From an uncultured Methanosarcinales archaeon (GTDB lineage Archaea; Nanobdellota; Nanobdellia; Woesearchaeales; JABMPP01), in NCBI GenBank assembly GCA_964604995.1, contig CAZSAD010000002.1:40434-96523 (forward strand): 56,090 nucleotides of DNA, written 5' to 3'. Position 1 is the stretch's first letter, and each line of letters opens with the position of its first letter. The translations under genes were made by a program, and so were the position numbers. Of this stretch, positions 1 through 9,627 are shown piece by piece. The notes under the pieces are model-generated. The model did no database searches, was not told where the DNA came from, and saw only the letters and a program-made list of their open reading frames with translations.

Positions 1-2
1 TT

Positions 3-194
3 TTTGAAGCAGACATTAATTTGACTAGAATAGAATCTATTCCTTTTTACAAAGAAAGAGGGAAATACATGTTTTTGCTTGATTTTGGTGGAGATTTTAA
101 AGATCAGAAAGTTAAGAGTATACTTGAAAAATTAAAAAAAAGAACAACTGATTTTAAAATTTTAGGTACATATAATAAATTTAAATTGCACTAA
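3..194 (+). CDS. pheA: 3' end of prephenate dehydratase (C-terminal ACT regulatory domain), truncated by the window edge
   Basis: Frame 3 reads FEADINLTRIESIPFYKERGKYMFLLDFGG...KILGTYNKFKLH*. This resembles the NLTRIESRP...Y.F.vD..G signature of the PheA ACT domain. A tyrA-like gene follows directly. Confidence 0.55.
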   Translation, partial: FEADINLTRIESIPFYKERGKYMFLLDFGGDFKDQKVKSILEKLKKRTTDFKILGTYNKFKLH

Positions 195-224
195 ATTTAG
201 ATTAAATAATGAGGATTGGTAATT

Positions 225-1010
225 ATGAAAATAGCAATAATGGGATGCGGAAAAATGGGAATGTGGTTTGCAAATAGTCTTTCAAAGTCAAATGATGTTT
301 TAGTGTACGATATTAACAAACAAAAAACACAAGAATTACTAGAAAAAAACAAGAAACTTAAATCTATCGACGGTTTGGAACAATTAAATTCTTTTAAGCC
401 AGATTTATTAATTAATGCAGTGTCATTAAAAAATACATTTGAAGCATTTGATAAAGTGATTTCATTTTTACCACAAAATTGCATAATTTGTGATATAACT
501 TCAGTAAAGGGGAATCTTAAGGATTTCTATTTAAAAAATAAAATAAGATTTGTATCAATTCATCCAATGTTTGGTCCAAGCTTTACAGATATGAATCTAT
601 TAAAAGGGCAAAATGCAATAATTATTTTAGAATCAGATGATTTAGCAAAAGAATTTTTTAGAAACTTTTTTGGAGAGTTTAAAATTCAAGTATTTGAATT
701 TTGTTTTGAAGAACATGATAAAATGATGGCATATTCTTTAACAACTCCTTTTGTTTCATCACTTGTTTTTGCTTCGTGTGTAAACAATAAATCTGTACCT
801 GGAACAACTTTTAGTAAACATTTAGAAATTTCAAGAAAACTTCTTTTAGAAGAAGATAATCTATTAACTGAAATATTATTTAATGGCGAATCAATTAAGC
901 AAATAGAAACTATTACAGGAAGACTCGAATTTTTGAAACATATTATTCATTCAAAAGATTACATTGAAGCAAAAAGATTTTTTGACAATCTTAGAAAAAA
1001 TGTCAATTAG
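225..1010 (+). CDS. tyrA: prephenate dehydrogenase
   Basis: N-terminal Rossmann motif MKIAIMGCGKMG, CDITSVKG and SIHPMFGP motifs typical of TyrA. GAGGA lies upstream of the ATG at 225; the ORF track begins at a TTG at 216. Confidence 0.75.
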   Translation: MKIAIMGCGKMGMWFANSLSKSNDVLVYDINKQKTQELLEKNKKLKSIDGLEQLNSFKPDLLINAVSLKNTFEAFDKVISFLPQNCIICDITSVKGNLKDFYLKNKIRFVSIHPMFGPSFTDMNLLKGQNAIIILESDDLAKEFFRNFFGEFKIQVFEFCFEEHDKMMAYSLTTPFVSSLVFASCVNNKSVPGTTFSKHLEISRKLLLEEDNLLTEILFNGESIKQIETITGRLEFLKHIIHSKDYIEAKRFFDNLRKNVN

Positions 1011-1081
1011 AAAACAAAATTAAAAAGTTGTTAATATCAAATAAATATTTGTTTTTTATTTCTTATTTTTTTAATTTAGAA

Positions 1082-1465
1082 CTATCTTTTTAATTTACCA
1101 AGTTTACTTTCAATATCTGATAATTCTAATTCTAATCTTTCCATTTCACTTGCAGGTTCTTTGTCATCTGGAACTGGAAGTCTAGCTCTTGGTTTATCCG
1201 GTAAACCTAATATTTGATGAGGAACTCTTAAATTAGTTTTTGGCATTGTATTTTTTAATCTTACATTAAGTCTTGTCAAATCAGCCATAATTCTTTTTAA
1301 CTTTTCAATTTGGACAAGTTTTTGACCACGCTTTTCTTTGAAAGCTTCATATTTTTTCAAGACACCGACCATTGTTTTTGAAGCTTCAAGAAGATATCTT
1401 CTAAGTTCAGCTGGACTATCAATTCCTACAAAAAAATTATCTTCGTCTTTCTTTTTTTCAGGCAA
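1082..1465 (-). CDS. hypothetical coiled-coil protein (paralog family A, 127 aa)
   Basis: Long ORF with heptad-like K/E/L-rich sequence. The N-terminal FFVGIDSPAELRRYLLEASK segment resembles the start of the conserved domain in the two neighbouring genes. Confidence 0.6.
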   Translation of the reverse strand: MPEKKKDEDNFFVGIDSPAELRRYLLEASKTMVGVLKKYEAFKEKRGQKLVQIEKLKRIMADLTRLNVRLKNTMPKTNLRVPHQILGLPDKPRARLPVPDDKEPASEMERLELELSDIESKLGKLKR

Positions 1466-1527
1466 TTATAACACCTTGTAATTATATTATGTAATTTTTA
1501 TATGGTTTAATCATCTTTATTATTTAT

Positions 1528-1761
1528 TTACATTGATTCAGGTTCAAAAAGTGATCTATCCATATGTTCAATCTTCTTTTCAATTTCTTCTATTTCAGTA
1601 TGCCACAAGTCAAGCTCTGAGTCCTCTTCATTTTTCATTTCATTGATTTTATTCAAAGTTTCTCTTGCTTCAGTTAATTTTGTTTTTATCATATTAACTA
1701 ATTCTAAAATCTCTTTATATTCATCAATTTTAACGTAAATTTGTGCTCCTTCTTTTCTCAT
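1528..1761 (-). CDS. hypothetical coiled-coil protein (paralog family A, 77 aa)
   Basis: IYVKIDEYKEILELVNMIKTKLTEARETLNKINEMK...LWHTEIEEIEKKIEHMDRSLFE aligns colinearly with the C-terminus of the 335-aa neighbour. Confidence 0.6.
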   Translation of the reverse strand: MRKEGAQIYVKIDEYKEILELVNMIKTKLTEARETLNKINEMKNEEDSELDLWHTEIEEIEKKIEHMDRSLFEPESM

Positions 1762-1801
1762 GGTATCACCTTAATAATCATTTTTCTAAAAATTAACTAA
1801 A

Positions 1802-2809
1802 CTATCCTTCAAGTTCGAATATTTTTTTATCAACCAATAGGAATTTCTTTTGCAATTCTGCAATATCTCTTCTCCATTTATCATATTGTTCATTTATTGA
1901 TGATTCAATATTTCCTACCCTATCAAGTGTATCTGATGCTTCTTTTAATTTAGCTTTTACAAAATCACTTTTTTCTAACACTTCTTTAAATTCGCTCATT
2001 GTTACAAAAAGAGGACCAGATGGAACTCTTCTTTTTGATTGTGTTTGGGCTTCTCTGATTTCTCTTCCAAACATTTCATAATTAGGTTTAATTTTTTGAG
2101 TAGGAGTTGGGGGAGCTTCTAATTCATCATCAATTTCCATTTCAGATTGATTTATATTTTTTGCATTTTGTGCATCTTGTTTTGTTTGCATATCCTTCAT
2201 TAAACTTTCATAATCAAATTTAGGAGCATCTTCCATTGGTTTAGGCAAAGGTAATGGCGCTGTTTGAATATTTGTTTGATTATTATTATTCATTATGGGG
2301 GTTACTTGAGTATTTTGATTTGGTGAAAAATCTAAAGAAGATTGCTGAAGTTGTTGTGATTGTACTTTTGTTTGTTCCGTATTTGATGCAACAGGTATTG
2401 GTGGGGAGTCAAATGTTGGAAATTTTCCAAAGTCATCTTCGGAGGGCATATCTAATCCTAAATCTCCCGGACTTTTTAGGCTAGATTCAAAACTTTGCAT
2501 AGAAAAATTTGGTGATGGTACTTCTTGTTTTTTTGAAGTGTCAAATTTTGGTGGTTCTTGAAAACTTGGCATTCCAGGTGGTGTTGGATAAGGAGGAGCA
2601 CTACTATCTTGCATAGTTGAAAATTGTTGATTTGAAGAGAATGGTTTTTTTTCAGTGAATCCTTGCGAATTATTAAATGGGTCTTTATTATCTTGCATTT
2701 CTGGAAATGAATCACCACCTATTCCAAAAGGGGGTGGCGGAGGTACATCAAGATCAAATTTTGACGGCATATCTTTATTTGTTTTTTTTAAAAAGTTTAA
2801 AAAAGCCAT
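1802..2809 (-). CDS. hypothetical protein: ~250-aa P/Q/N/S-rich low-complexity region plus a C-terminal coiled-coil domain (paralog family A)
   Basis: 335-aa ORF. C-terminus LFVTMSEFKEVLEKSDFVKAKLKEASDTLDRVGNIESSINEQYDKWRRDIAELQKKFLLVDKKIFE is paralogous to the 77-aa protein. The N-terminus is proline/glutamine-rich. Confidence 0.65.
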   Translation of the reverse strand: MAFLNFLKKTNKDMPSKFDLDVPPPPPFGIGGDSFPEMQDNKDPFNNSQGFTEKKPFSSNQQFSTMQDSSAPPYPTPPGMPSFQEPPKFDTSKKQEVPSPNFSMQSFESSLKSPGDLGLDMPSEDDFGKFPTFDSPPIPVASNTEQTKVQSQQLQQSSLDFSPNQNTQVTPIMNNNNQTNIQTAPLPLPKPMEDAPKFDYESLMKDMQTKQDAQNAKNINQSEMEIDDELEAPPTPTQKIKPNYEMFGREIREAQTQSKRRVPSGPLFVTMSEFKEVLEKSDFVKAKLKEASDTLDRVGNIESSINEQYDKWRRDIAELQKKFLLVDKKIFELEG

Positions 2810-2954
2810 TCACCCACCATGTGATAAAAATATCCCTGACATTATTAAAAGATTTAGCACTATTCTAAAAGGACAACATTTCTAGACGAATACTTTTCTT
2901 TGTCAATTATTTTCATAAGATTTAAAAAGGAATTAGTCCCATCATTTATTTTTG

Positions 2955-4106
2955 ATGAGCTTATTGCAAAGTGGGGATGATTGTAAAGTCAACCTTGTTC
3001 TTGAAGATGGCTCAATTTTCTGTGGAATTTCTTTTGGTGCTAAAAAATCAGTTGCTGGAGAGGTTGTTTTTAATACGGGAATGGTTGGTTATCCTGAAGC
3101 ATTTACTGATCCATCTTATCGTGGACAGATTTTAGTTTTGACTTATCCATTAATTGGAAATTATGGTGTACCTAATGATAAAATTGAAAATGGACTTCTA
3201 AAACATTTTGAATCAAATAAAATTCATATTACAGGTTTAATAGTTTCTGATTATTCACATGAACATAGCCATTGGAATGCTGTAAAATCCTTATCTAGTT
3301 GGTTAAAAGAGCAAGGAATCCCTGCAATTTATGGAATTGACACAAGAATGCTCACAAAGAAACTTAGGGAAAGAGGAGTTATGCTTGGAAAAATAGAAGC
3401 AAATGGAAAAATAGATTTTGAAGATCCTAATCAAAGAAATTTAGTTGATGAAGTTAGTACAAAAGAAAAAATAGTTTACAATGCTGTTTCAGATAATACT
3501 CCAGACAATACTCCAAATAATAATTCAAATGCTAATTCAAAATCAGAAAGAAAAAGAATCCTTTTAGTTGACTGCGGTGCCAAATACAATATTATAAGAG
3601 CACTTGTTAAAAGAAATGTTACAGTAATTAGAGTTCCATGGGACTATAATTTTTTAGATGAAAAATTTGATGGGGTAATGTTAAGTAATGGACCTGGAGA
3701 TCCTAAAATGTGCAAGACCACTATAAATAATATCAAAAAATTATTGGAAAAAAATGTTACAATATTTGGCATTTGTTTAGGCAATCAACTTTTAGCACTA
3801 GCAGCTGGTGCAGATACTTACAAATTAAAATATGGACACAGAAGTCAAAATCAGCCATGCATTGAAGTTGGGACTAATAAATGCTATATCACAACACAAA
3901 ATCATGGCTTTGCAGTTGACACAACAACTCTTCCTAAAGATTGGAAACCTTGGTTTGAAAATGCAAATGATAAAACAAACGAAGGAATAATCCACGATTC
4001 TGGAAATTTCTTTTCAGTTCAATTCCATCCTGAAGCAACTCCTGGTCCAGTTGATACTGAATTTTTATTTGATAGATTTTTAGAAAAAGTTAATGCGAAA
4101 AAATAG
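2955..4106 (+). CDS. carA: carbamoyl-phosphate synthase small (glutamine amidotransferase) subunit
   Basis: VVFNTGMVGYPEAFTDPSYRGQILVLTYPLIGNYG N-domain; GATase triad context GICLGNQLL and FSVQFHPEA. An N/T/P-rich linker insert is present. Confidence 0.92.
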   Translation: MSLLQSGDDCKVNLVLEDGSIFCGISFGAKKSVAGEVVFNTGMVGYPEAFTDPSYRGQILVLTYPLIGNYGVPNDKIENGLLKHFESNKIHITGLIVSDYSHEHSHWNAVKSLSSWLKEQGIPAIYGIDTRMLTKKLRERGVMLGKIEANGKIDFEDPNQRNLVDEVSTKEKIVYNAVSDNTPDNTPNNNSNANSKSERKRILLVDCGAKYNIIRALVKRNVTVIRVPWDYNFLDEKFDGVMLSNGPGDPKMCKTTINNIKKLLEKNVTIFGICLGNQLLALAAGADTYKLKYGHRSQNQPCIEVGTNKCYITTQNHGFAVDTTTLPKDWKPWFENANDKTNEGIIHDSGNFFSVQFHPEATPGPVDTEFLFDRFLEKVNAKK

Positions 4107-4115
4107 AAAAATAAA

Positions 4116-5186
4116 ATGAAAAAATCAAAACACAATATTAAAAATCGTAATACGCAAGTTGATGAATATGTTTATCATGTTAATAAAAATGATAAAATAA
4201 TTGGTAAAATTACAAAAAGCCAATGTTTGACAAATAGGATGTTGCATAGGGGCGCATGTGTTCTTGTTACAAATTCAAAAGGAGAAATTCTTGTACATCA
4301 AAGAGCAAAAACAAAGATGACTTTTCCTGGGCATTATGATTTATTTTTTGGTGGATGGGTTAGATATGGTGAAACATACAAGCAAACAGCTTTGCGAGAA
4401 TTAAAAGAAGAAACAGGAATCAAAGGCAAACCAAAAATTAAATTTTTATTTAAACAATTCTGTAAAGATGATGATGGAGATTACTTTACTCAAGTATACC
4501 ATATCCAATATTCTTCATCATATAATGAAAAATTTAAATTTCAAAAAGAAGAAGTTGAATGGGCAAAATTCAAAAATATCAAAGATGCAAAATTAATTCT
4601 CAAGACAAAGAAACTTTCAAATGATACAAAAGAATTGTTTCAAAATGTGTTAAAAAAATTTCCAAGACTCTTAGAACAAAAAAATATCGAATATATTTCA
4701 ATTGTTGATAAAAACGATAAGGTTATTGGTAAGGGAACATATCACGAAGTTCATCCAAAAGGAAAAATATTTAGGGCAGTTAGGATCTTTATTAAAAATT
4801 CAAAAAATGAATATCTTCTTTTGAAAAGATCAAAAACGATGTTAGTTTATCCAGATTGCTGGGAGATTGGAGTTGCAGGAACTGTAAACTACAAGGAATC
4901 ATATTTATCAACTGCAAAAAGAGAAATAAAAGAAGAGTTAAATATCAATCCTAAAAAAATAAAATTCACGCCTATAAAAAAAGTTTGGGTCGATGATAAA
5001 TTAGAAAATTTATTTGCAAACATCTATTACTTAGTTTACGATGGAAAAATAAAAAAACAGGATGATGAAATTAGTGCAGTTAAATATATCCCATTTAACA
5101 ATATAAACGAGTTTTCTAGAAAAAATAAAATGCATGTTAGTTGTTTAAAACACTTCAAATTACTAAAAAACTCAGATAAATTATAA
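4116..5186 (+). CDS. tandem-duplicated Nudix hydrolase (two IDI/YfcD-like Nudix domains in one polypeptide)
   Basis: Two intact Nudix boxes GX5EX7REXXEEXG: GWVRYGETYKQTALRELKEETGI and GTVNYKESYLSTAKREIKEELNI. Both halves begin with EY..V.KNDK.IGK. Confidence 0.75.
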   Translation: MKKSKHNIKNRNTQVDEYVYHVNKNDKIIGKITKSQCLTNRMLHRGACVLVTNSKGEILVHQRAKTKMTFPGHYDLFFGGWVRYGETYKQTALRELKEETGIKGKPKIKFLFKQFCKDDDGDYFTQVYHIQYSSSYNEKFKFQKEEVEWAKFKNIKDAKLILKTKKLSNDTKELFQNVLKKFPRLLEQKNIEYISIVDKNDKVIGKGTYHEVHPKGKIFRAVRIFIKNSKNEYLLLKRSKTMLVYPDCWEIGVAGTVNYKESYLSTAKREIKEELNINPKKIKFTPIKKVWVDDKLENLFANIYYLVYDGKIKKQDDEISAVKYIPFNNINEFSRKNKMHVSCLKHFKLLKNSDKL

Positions 5187-5198
5187 TTAAAAAATGTG

Positions 5199-8100
5199 AT
5201 GGAAATGAATAAAGAAAATAAAAATATTAATACCCCAATAATAAAACCTAAGAAAGTTTTAATTTTAGGTTCAGGCGCACTAAAGATAGGGGAAGCTGGC
5301 GAATTTGATTATTCTGGAAGTCAATGCATTAAAGCTATGAAAGAAGAAGGAATAAAAACAATTTTAATAAATCCTAATATTGCAACAATTCAAACAAGCG
5401 AACAGTTGGCAGATAAAATATATTTTTTACCAGTGAATCCTAGTTTTGTTGAAAAAGTCATTGAAAAAGAAAGACCAGACTCCATACTTCTAGCATTTGG
5501 GGGGCAAACAGCACTTAACTGTGGTGTTGCACTATACAAAAATAATATATTTGAAAAATACAATGTAAAAGTTCTTGGAACTCCTGTCAAAGCAATTATT
5601 GATACTGAAGATAGGGAACTTTTTGTTGATAGATTAAATGAAATAAATGTTAAAACTGCAAGAAGTAAAGCTGTAAAAACACTAAAAGATGCAATACTTG
5701 CTGCAAATGAAATTGGGTATCCTGTTATGACTAGAGTTGCTTTTGCACTAGGTGGCAGAGGTTCAGGTTATGCAAATAATGAACAAGAATTAATTGAAAT
5801 GGTAAATAAAGCATTCTCATTTACTGATCAAATTCTTGTTGAAGAATATCTTTATGGCTGGAAAGAAATTGAATATGAAGTTGTACGTGATATAAATGAT
5901 AATTGCATAACTGTTTGCAACATGGAAAATTTTGATCCTATGGGGATACACACAGGAGAAAGCATTGTTGTTGCACCATCTCAAACACTTACAAATTATG
6001 AATATCATAAACTTCGAGAAATTGCAATTAGGGTAATTAAACATTTGAAGATAGTTGGTGAATGTAACATTCAATACGCATTAGATCCCAAATCTGATGA
6101 TTATAGGGTAATTGAAGTTAATGCAAGATTGTCTAGAAGTTCAGCTCTTGCGTCTAAAGCAACTGGTTATCCACTAGCTTTTGTTGCAGCAAAATTAGCA
6201 CTTGGATATTCTTTGATTGATGTTCCAAATTCAATTACTAAAAAAACAAAAGCTTGTTTTGAACCAGCACTTGATTATATTGTTGTTAAAATTCCAAGAT
6301 GGGATTTAAATAAATTTAATTTAGTGTCAAAAAAAATAGGAACAGAAATGAAATCTGTTGGAGAGGTAATGGCCATTGGTAGAAAATTTGAAGAGGCTTT
6401 TCAAAAAGCATTACGTATGCTTCAAATTGGAATGTATGGTACAGTTTGTAATAATGTTGAATTTGAAAATCTTGAAGATGAATTAAAATTTCCAACTGAT
6501 AGAAGAGTATTTGCAATTGTTAATGCACTTGAGCAAGGATACAATGTTGATCAATTATACACTCTTACAAAAATTGATAAATGGTTTTTATACAAAATTA
6601 AAAATATAGTTGAAATAAAAGAAAAATTGTCAAAAAACAATTTATTGTCAATTACTAAAGATGAAATAAAACATGCAAAACAGCACGGATTTTCTGACAA
6701 ACAATTATCACTTATTTTTGGAAATACTGAACTTGAGATGCGAGAAATAAGGAAAAAAATGGGATTAATGCCTTTTGTTTTACAAATTGATACTTTAGCA
6801 GCAGAATATCCAGCGCAAACTAATTATTTGTATTTAACATATAATGCAAATTCAGATGATTTAAATTATCCTTTATTAGAAAAAGAAAGAAAAGCCAAAA
6901 ATAAAAATTCAATAATTGTTCTTGGTGGAGGAGCATATAGAATCGGTAGCAGTGTTGAATTTGATTGGTGTTGTGTTAACACTGTTTTTTCTTTGAAGAA
7001 TATGGATTATGAAACTATTATGATAAATTACAATCCTGAAACTGTATCAACTGACTATGATATTTGTGATAGATTATATTTTGATGAATTAAGTTTGGAG
7101 ACCGTATTAGATATACACGAAAAAGAAAATCCTTTTGGTATGGTAATTTCAATGGGTGGACAAATACCAAATAATCTTGCAATGAGATGTTATAATCAAG
7201 GTGTTAATATTTTAGGTACAAGCCCTAATAGCATTGATAGTGCTGAAGATAGATACAAATTTTCTAAACTTTTAGAAACATTGAATGTTGATCAACCAGA
7301 TTGGAAAGAATTAACAAGTATAACTGAAGCAAAAGAATTTTCTGATAGGGTTGAATATCCAGTACTAGTTAGGCCTTCATATGTTCTTTCAGGTTCAGCA
7401 ATGAATGTTGCAAGAGATGGCGAGGAGCTGGAGAGATTTTTAAAAGAAGCAGTTGATATTTCTGAAGAATATCCAGTTGTTATATCAAAATTTATTACAG
7501 ATGCAAAAGAAATAGAAATGGATGCAGTTGCAAAACAAGGAAAAATTGTAGCATGGGCAATAACTGAACACATTGAAAATGCGGGAGTTCATAGTGGCGA
7601 TGCGACAATGGTTTTACCACCCCAAAAACTTTATGTGGAAACAATGAAAAGAGTAAAAAATATTACAAGTCAAATTTCGGAATCACTAAATATCAATGGA
7701 CCTTTTAATATTCAATTCTTAGCAAAAAATAATGATATTAAAGTTATTGAATGTAATTTAAGAGCATCAAGAAGTTTTCCATTTGTATCTAAAGTTTTGA
7801 AGCATAATTTTATTGATATCGCAACAAAAGTAATGCTTGGTAAGTATGATGTCAAAGAAGAGATATCAACTAATCACCTTCCTTATATTGGTGTTAAAGC
7901 TCCTCAATTTTCTTTTTCAAGATTAAAAGGAGCTGATCCAATACTTAAAGTTGAAATGGCATCTACTGGCGAAGTTGCGTGTCTTGGAGACAATATGTAT
8001 GAAGCTTTATTAAAATCAATAATTGCAACAGGCGTAGAACTTCCAAAATCTTCTATTCTTGTAAGTGTAAGTGGAGAGAAAAATCGATATGAAATGCTAG

Positions 8101-8465
8101 AAGGAATAAGAAAATTATATGACATCGGATTTACAATTTATGCAACAGAATCCACATCAATTTTTCTAGAAAAAAATGATATTAAAACAACAATGTTATA
8201 CAAAATTCATGAGAAAAAAGAACCAAATGTTTTAAATTATCTTGAATCAAAAAAAATAGAACTCGTAATCAATGTTCCTGATCATCTTGAAAAATCGGAG
8301 ATTGATGATGATTATACTATACGAAGAAAAACTATTGATTTTTCAATTCCATTACTTACTAATATTCAAATTGCACGAGAATTCCTAAAGGCAATAACAA
8401 CAGTTAGTACAGAAGATATGAAAATCATTGCATGGGATGATTATGTTTATTCACCAACATTATAA
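5199..8465 (+). CDS. carB: carbamoyl-phosphate synthase large subunit
   Basis: About 1089 aa, with duplicated ATP-grasp halves (VLILGSGALKIGEAGEFDYSGSQ and IIVLGGGAYRIGSSVEFDWC) and a C-terminal MGS-like domain. Confidence 0.95.
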   Translation: MEMNKENKNINTPIIKPKKVLILGSGALKIGEAGEFDYSGSQCIKAMKEEGIKTILINPNIATIQTSEQLADKIYFLPVNPSFVEKVIEKERPDSILLAFGGQTALNCGVALYKNNIFEKYNVKVLGTPVKAIIDTEDRELFVDRLNEINVKTARSKAVKTLKDAILAANEIGYPVMTRVAFALGGRGSGYANNEQELIEMVNKAFSFTDQILVEEYLYGWKEIEYEVVRDINDNCITVCNMENFDPMGIHTGESIVVAPSQTLTNYEYHKLREIAIRVIKHLKIVGECNIQYALDPKSDDYRVIEVNARLSRSSALASKATGYPLAFVAAKLALGYSLIDVPNSITKKTKACFEPALDYIVVKIPRWDLNKFNLVSKKIGTEMKSVGEVMAIGRKFEEAFQKALRMLQIGMYGTVCNNVEFENLEDELKFPTDRRVFAIVNALEQGYNVDQLYTLTKIDKWFLYKIKNIVEIKEKLSKNNLLSITKDEIKHAKQHGFSDKQLSLIFGNTELEMREIRKKMGLMPFVLQIDTLAAEYPAQTNYLYLTYNANSDDLNYPLLEKERKAKNKNSIIVLGGGAYRIGSSVEFDWCCVNTVFSLKNMDYETIMINYNPETVSTDYDICDRLYFDELSLETVLDIHEKENPFGMVISMGGQIPNNLAMRCYNQGVNILGTSPNSIDSAEDRYKFSKLLETLNVDQPDWKELTSITEAKEFSDRVEYPVLVRPSYVLSGSAMNVARDGEELERFLKEAVDISEEYPVVISKFITDAKEIEMDAVAKQGKIVAWAITEHIENAGVHSGDATMVLPPQKLYVETMKRVKNITSQISESLNINGPFNIQFLAKNNDIKVIECNLRASRSFPFVSKVLKHNFIDIATKVMLGKYDVKEEISTNHLPYIGVKAPQFSFSRLKGADPILKVEMASTGEVACLGDNMYEALLKSIIATGVELPKSSILVSVSGEKNRYEMLEGIRKLYDIGFTIYATESTSIFLEKNDIKTTMLYKIHEKKEPNVLNYLESKKIELVINVPDHLEKSEIDDDYTIRRKTIDFSIPLLTNIQIAREFLKAITTVSTEDMKIIAWDDYVYSPTL

Positions 8466-8572
8466 TTAATTATAGTATTAATTATATAATCATATATTAT
8501 AATCTTATAGATTATAATTGTAATTCGTATTTATAATTATTAATTAAATAATTAACAAAATTATTGGGGGCG

Positions 8573-9496
8573 ATGAAAATGGATTTTGAAGGAAGAGATA
8601 TCATTTCTATTAATGATTTTACCAAAGAAGAAATTTTATATGTTCTAAAAATTGCTAAAAATCTTGAAGAAAAGCCAATGCCTAATCTTTTAAATGATAA
8701 AATTTTGGCAGCTCTTTTTTTTGAACCATCAACTAGAACTAGGCTTAGTTTTGAATCATCAATGTATAGATTAGGTGGCAAAGTACTTGGTTTTTCAGAT
8801 GTTGGAATCAGTTCAATTAGCAAAGGTGAAACTTTAGCAGATACTGCTAAAATAATAAATAATTATTGCGACGTAATTGCAATAAGGCATCCAGTTGCAG
8901 GAAGTGCAAAGGTTTTTGCAGATAATTCTCAAGTTCCAGTAATCAATGCAGGAGATGGTGCTAATCAGCATCCAACACAAACATTGCTTGATTTGTACAC
9001 AATTCAAAAAGCAAAAGGAAAACTTGAAAATTTAACAATTGGATTTTTGGGTGACTTAAAATATGGTAGGACTGTACATTCTCTTGTAACAGCACTCATG
9101 AAATTTAATGCAAAATTTTACTTTATCTCTCCAAAATCGCTTAGTATGCCACAAGACCAAATTAAAGAATTAGGGGAAGCTGGAATAAAATTTACTGAAA
9201 CAGATGATTTTTATGGCAGTCTAAAAGATTTAGATATCTTGTATGATACAAGAATACAAAAAGAGAGATTTTTGGATCCATTAGAATACGAAAAATTAAA
9301 AGGAAGCTATGTTGTTGATAAAAGAATAATCAAATTCACAAAAAAAGATTTAAAGATTTTACATCCATTACCAAGAGTTGATGAACTTAGTCCAGAACTT
9401 GACAATACTCCTTATGCTTTGTATTTTCAACAGGCAAAAAATGGAATTCCTGTTAGAGAAGCATTATTAGCATTAGTTTTGGGAAAAATCAAATAA
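8573..9496 (+). CDS. pyrB: aspartate carbamoyltransferase catalytic subunit
   Basis: Motifs FFEPSTRTRLSFE, HPTQTLLDL and HPLPRVDEL. A GGGGG run lies just upstream of the ATG at 8573. Confidence 0.92.
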   Translation: MKMDFEGRDIISINDFTKEEILYVLKIAKNLEEKPMPNLLNDKILAALFFEPSTRTRLSFESSMYRLGGKVLGFSDVGISSISKGETLADTAKIINNYCDVIAIRHPVAGSAKVFADNSQVPVINAGDGANQHPTQTLLDLYTIQKAKGKLENLTIGFLGDLKYGRTVHSLVTALMKFNAKFYFISPKSLSMPQDQIKELGEAGIKFTETDDFYGSLKDLDILYDTRIQKERFLDPLEYEKLKGSYVVDKRIIKFTKKDLKILHPLPRVDELSPELDNTPYALYFQQAKNGIPVREALLALVLGKIK

Positions 9497-9627
9497 CATT
9501 AAATAACATAAAATTATAAATAATTCAATTAATTATTTAATATTGCATTAATAGAGTATTTATCATTAATTTGATTATAAGAATTATAGTTTTTGTAATT
9601 CTTATAATTAGTATGGAAGGGAATACT

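Noticed and set aside
2254-2885. Several 60-80-aa ORFs on both strands within the P/Q-rich gene region
   Set aside because: All overlap the 335-aa minus-strand gene, whose C-terminal domain has clear paralogs. They are low-complexity shadow frames.
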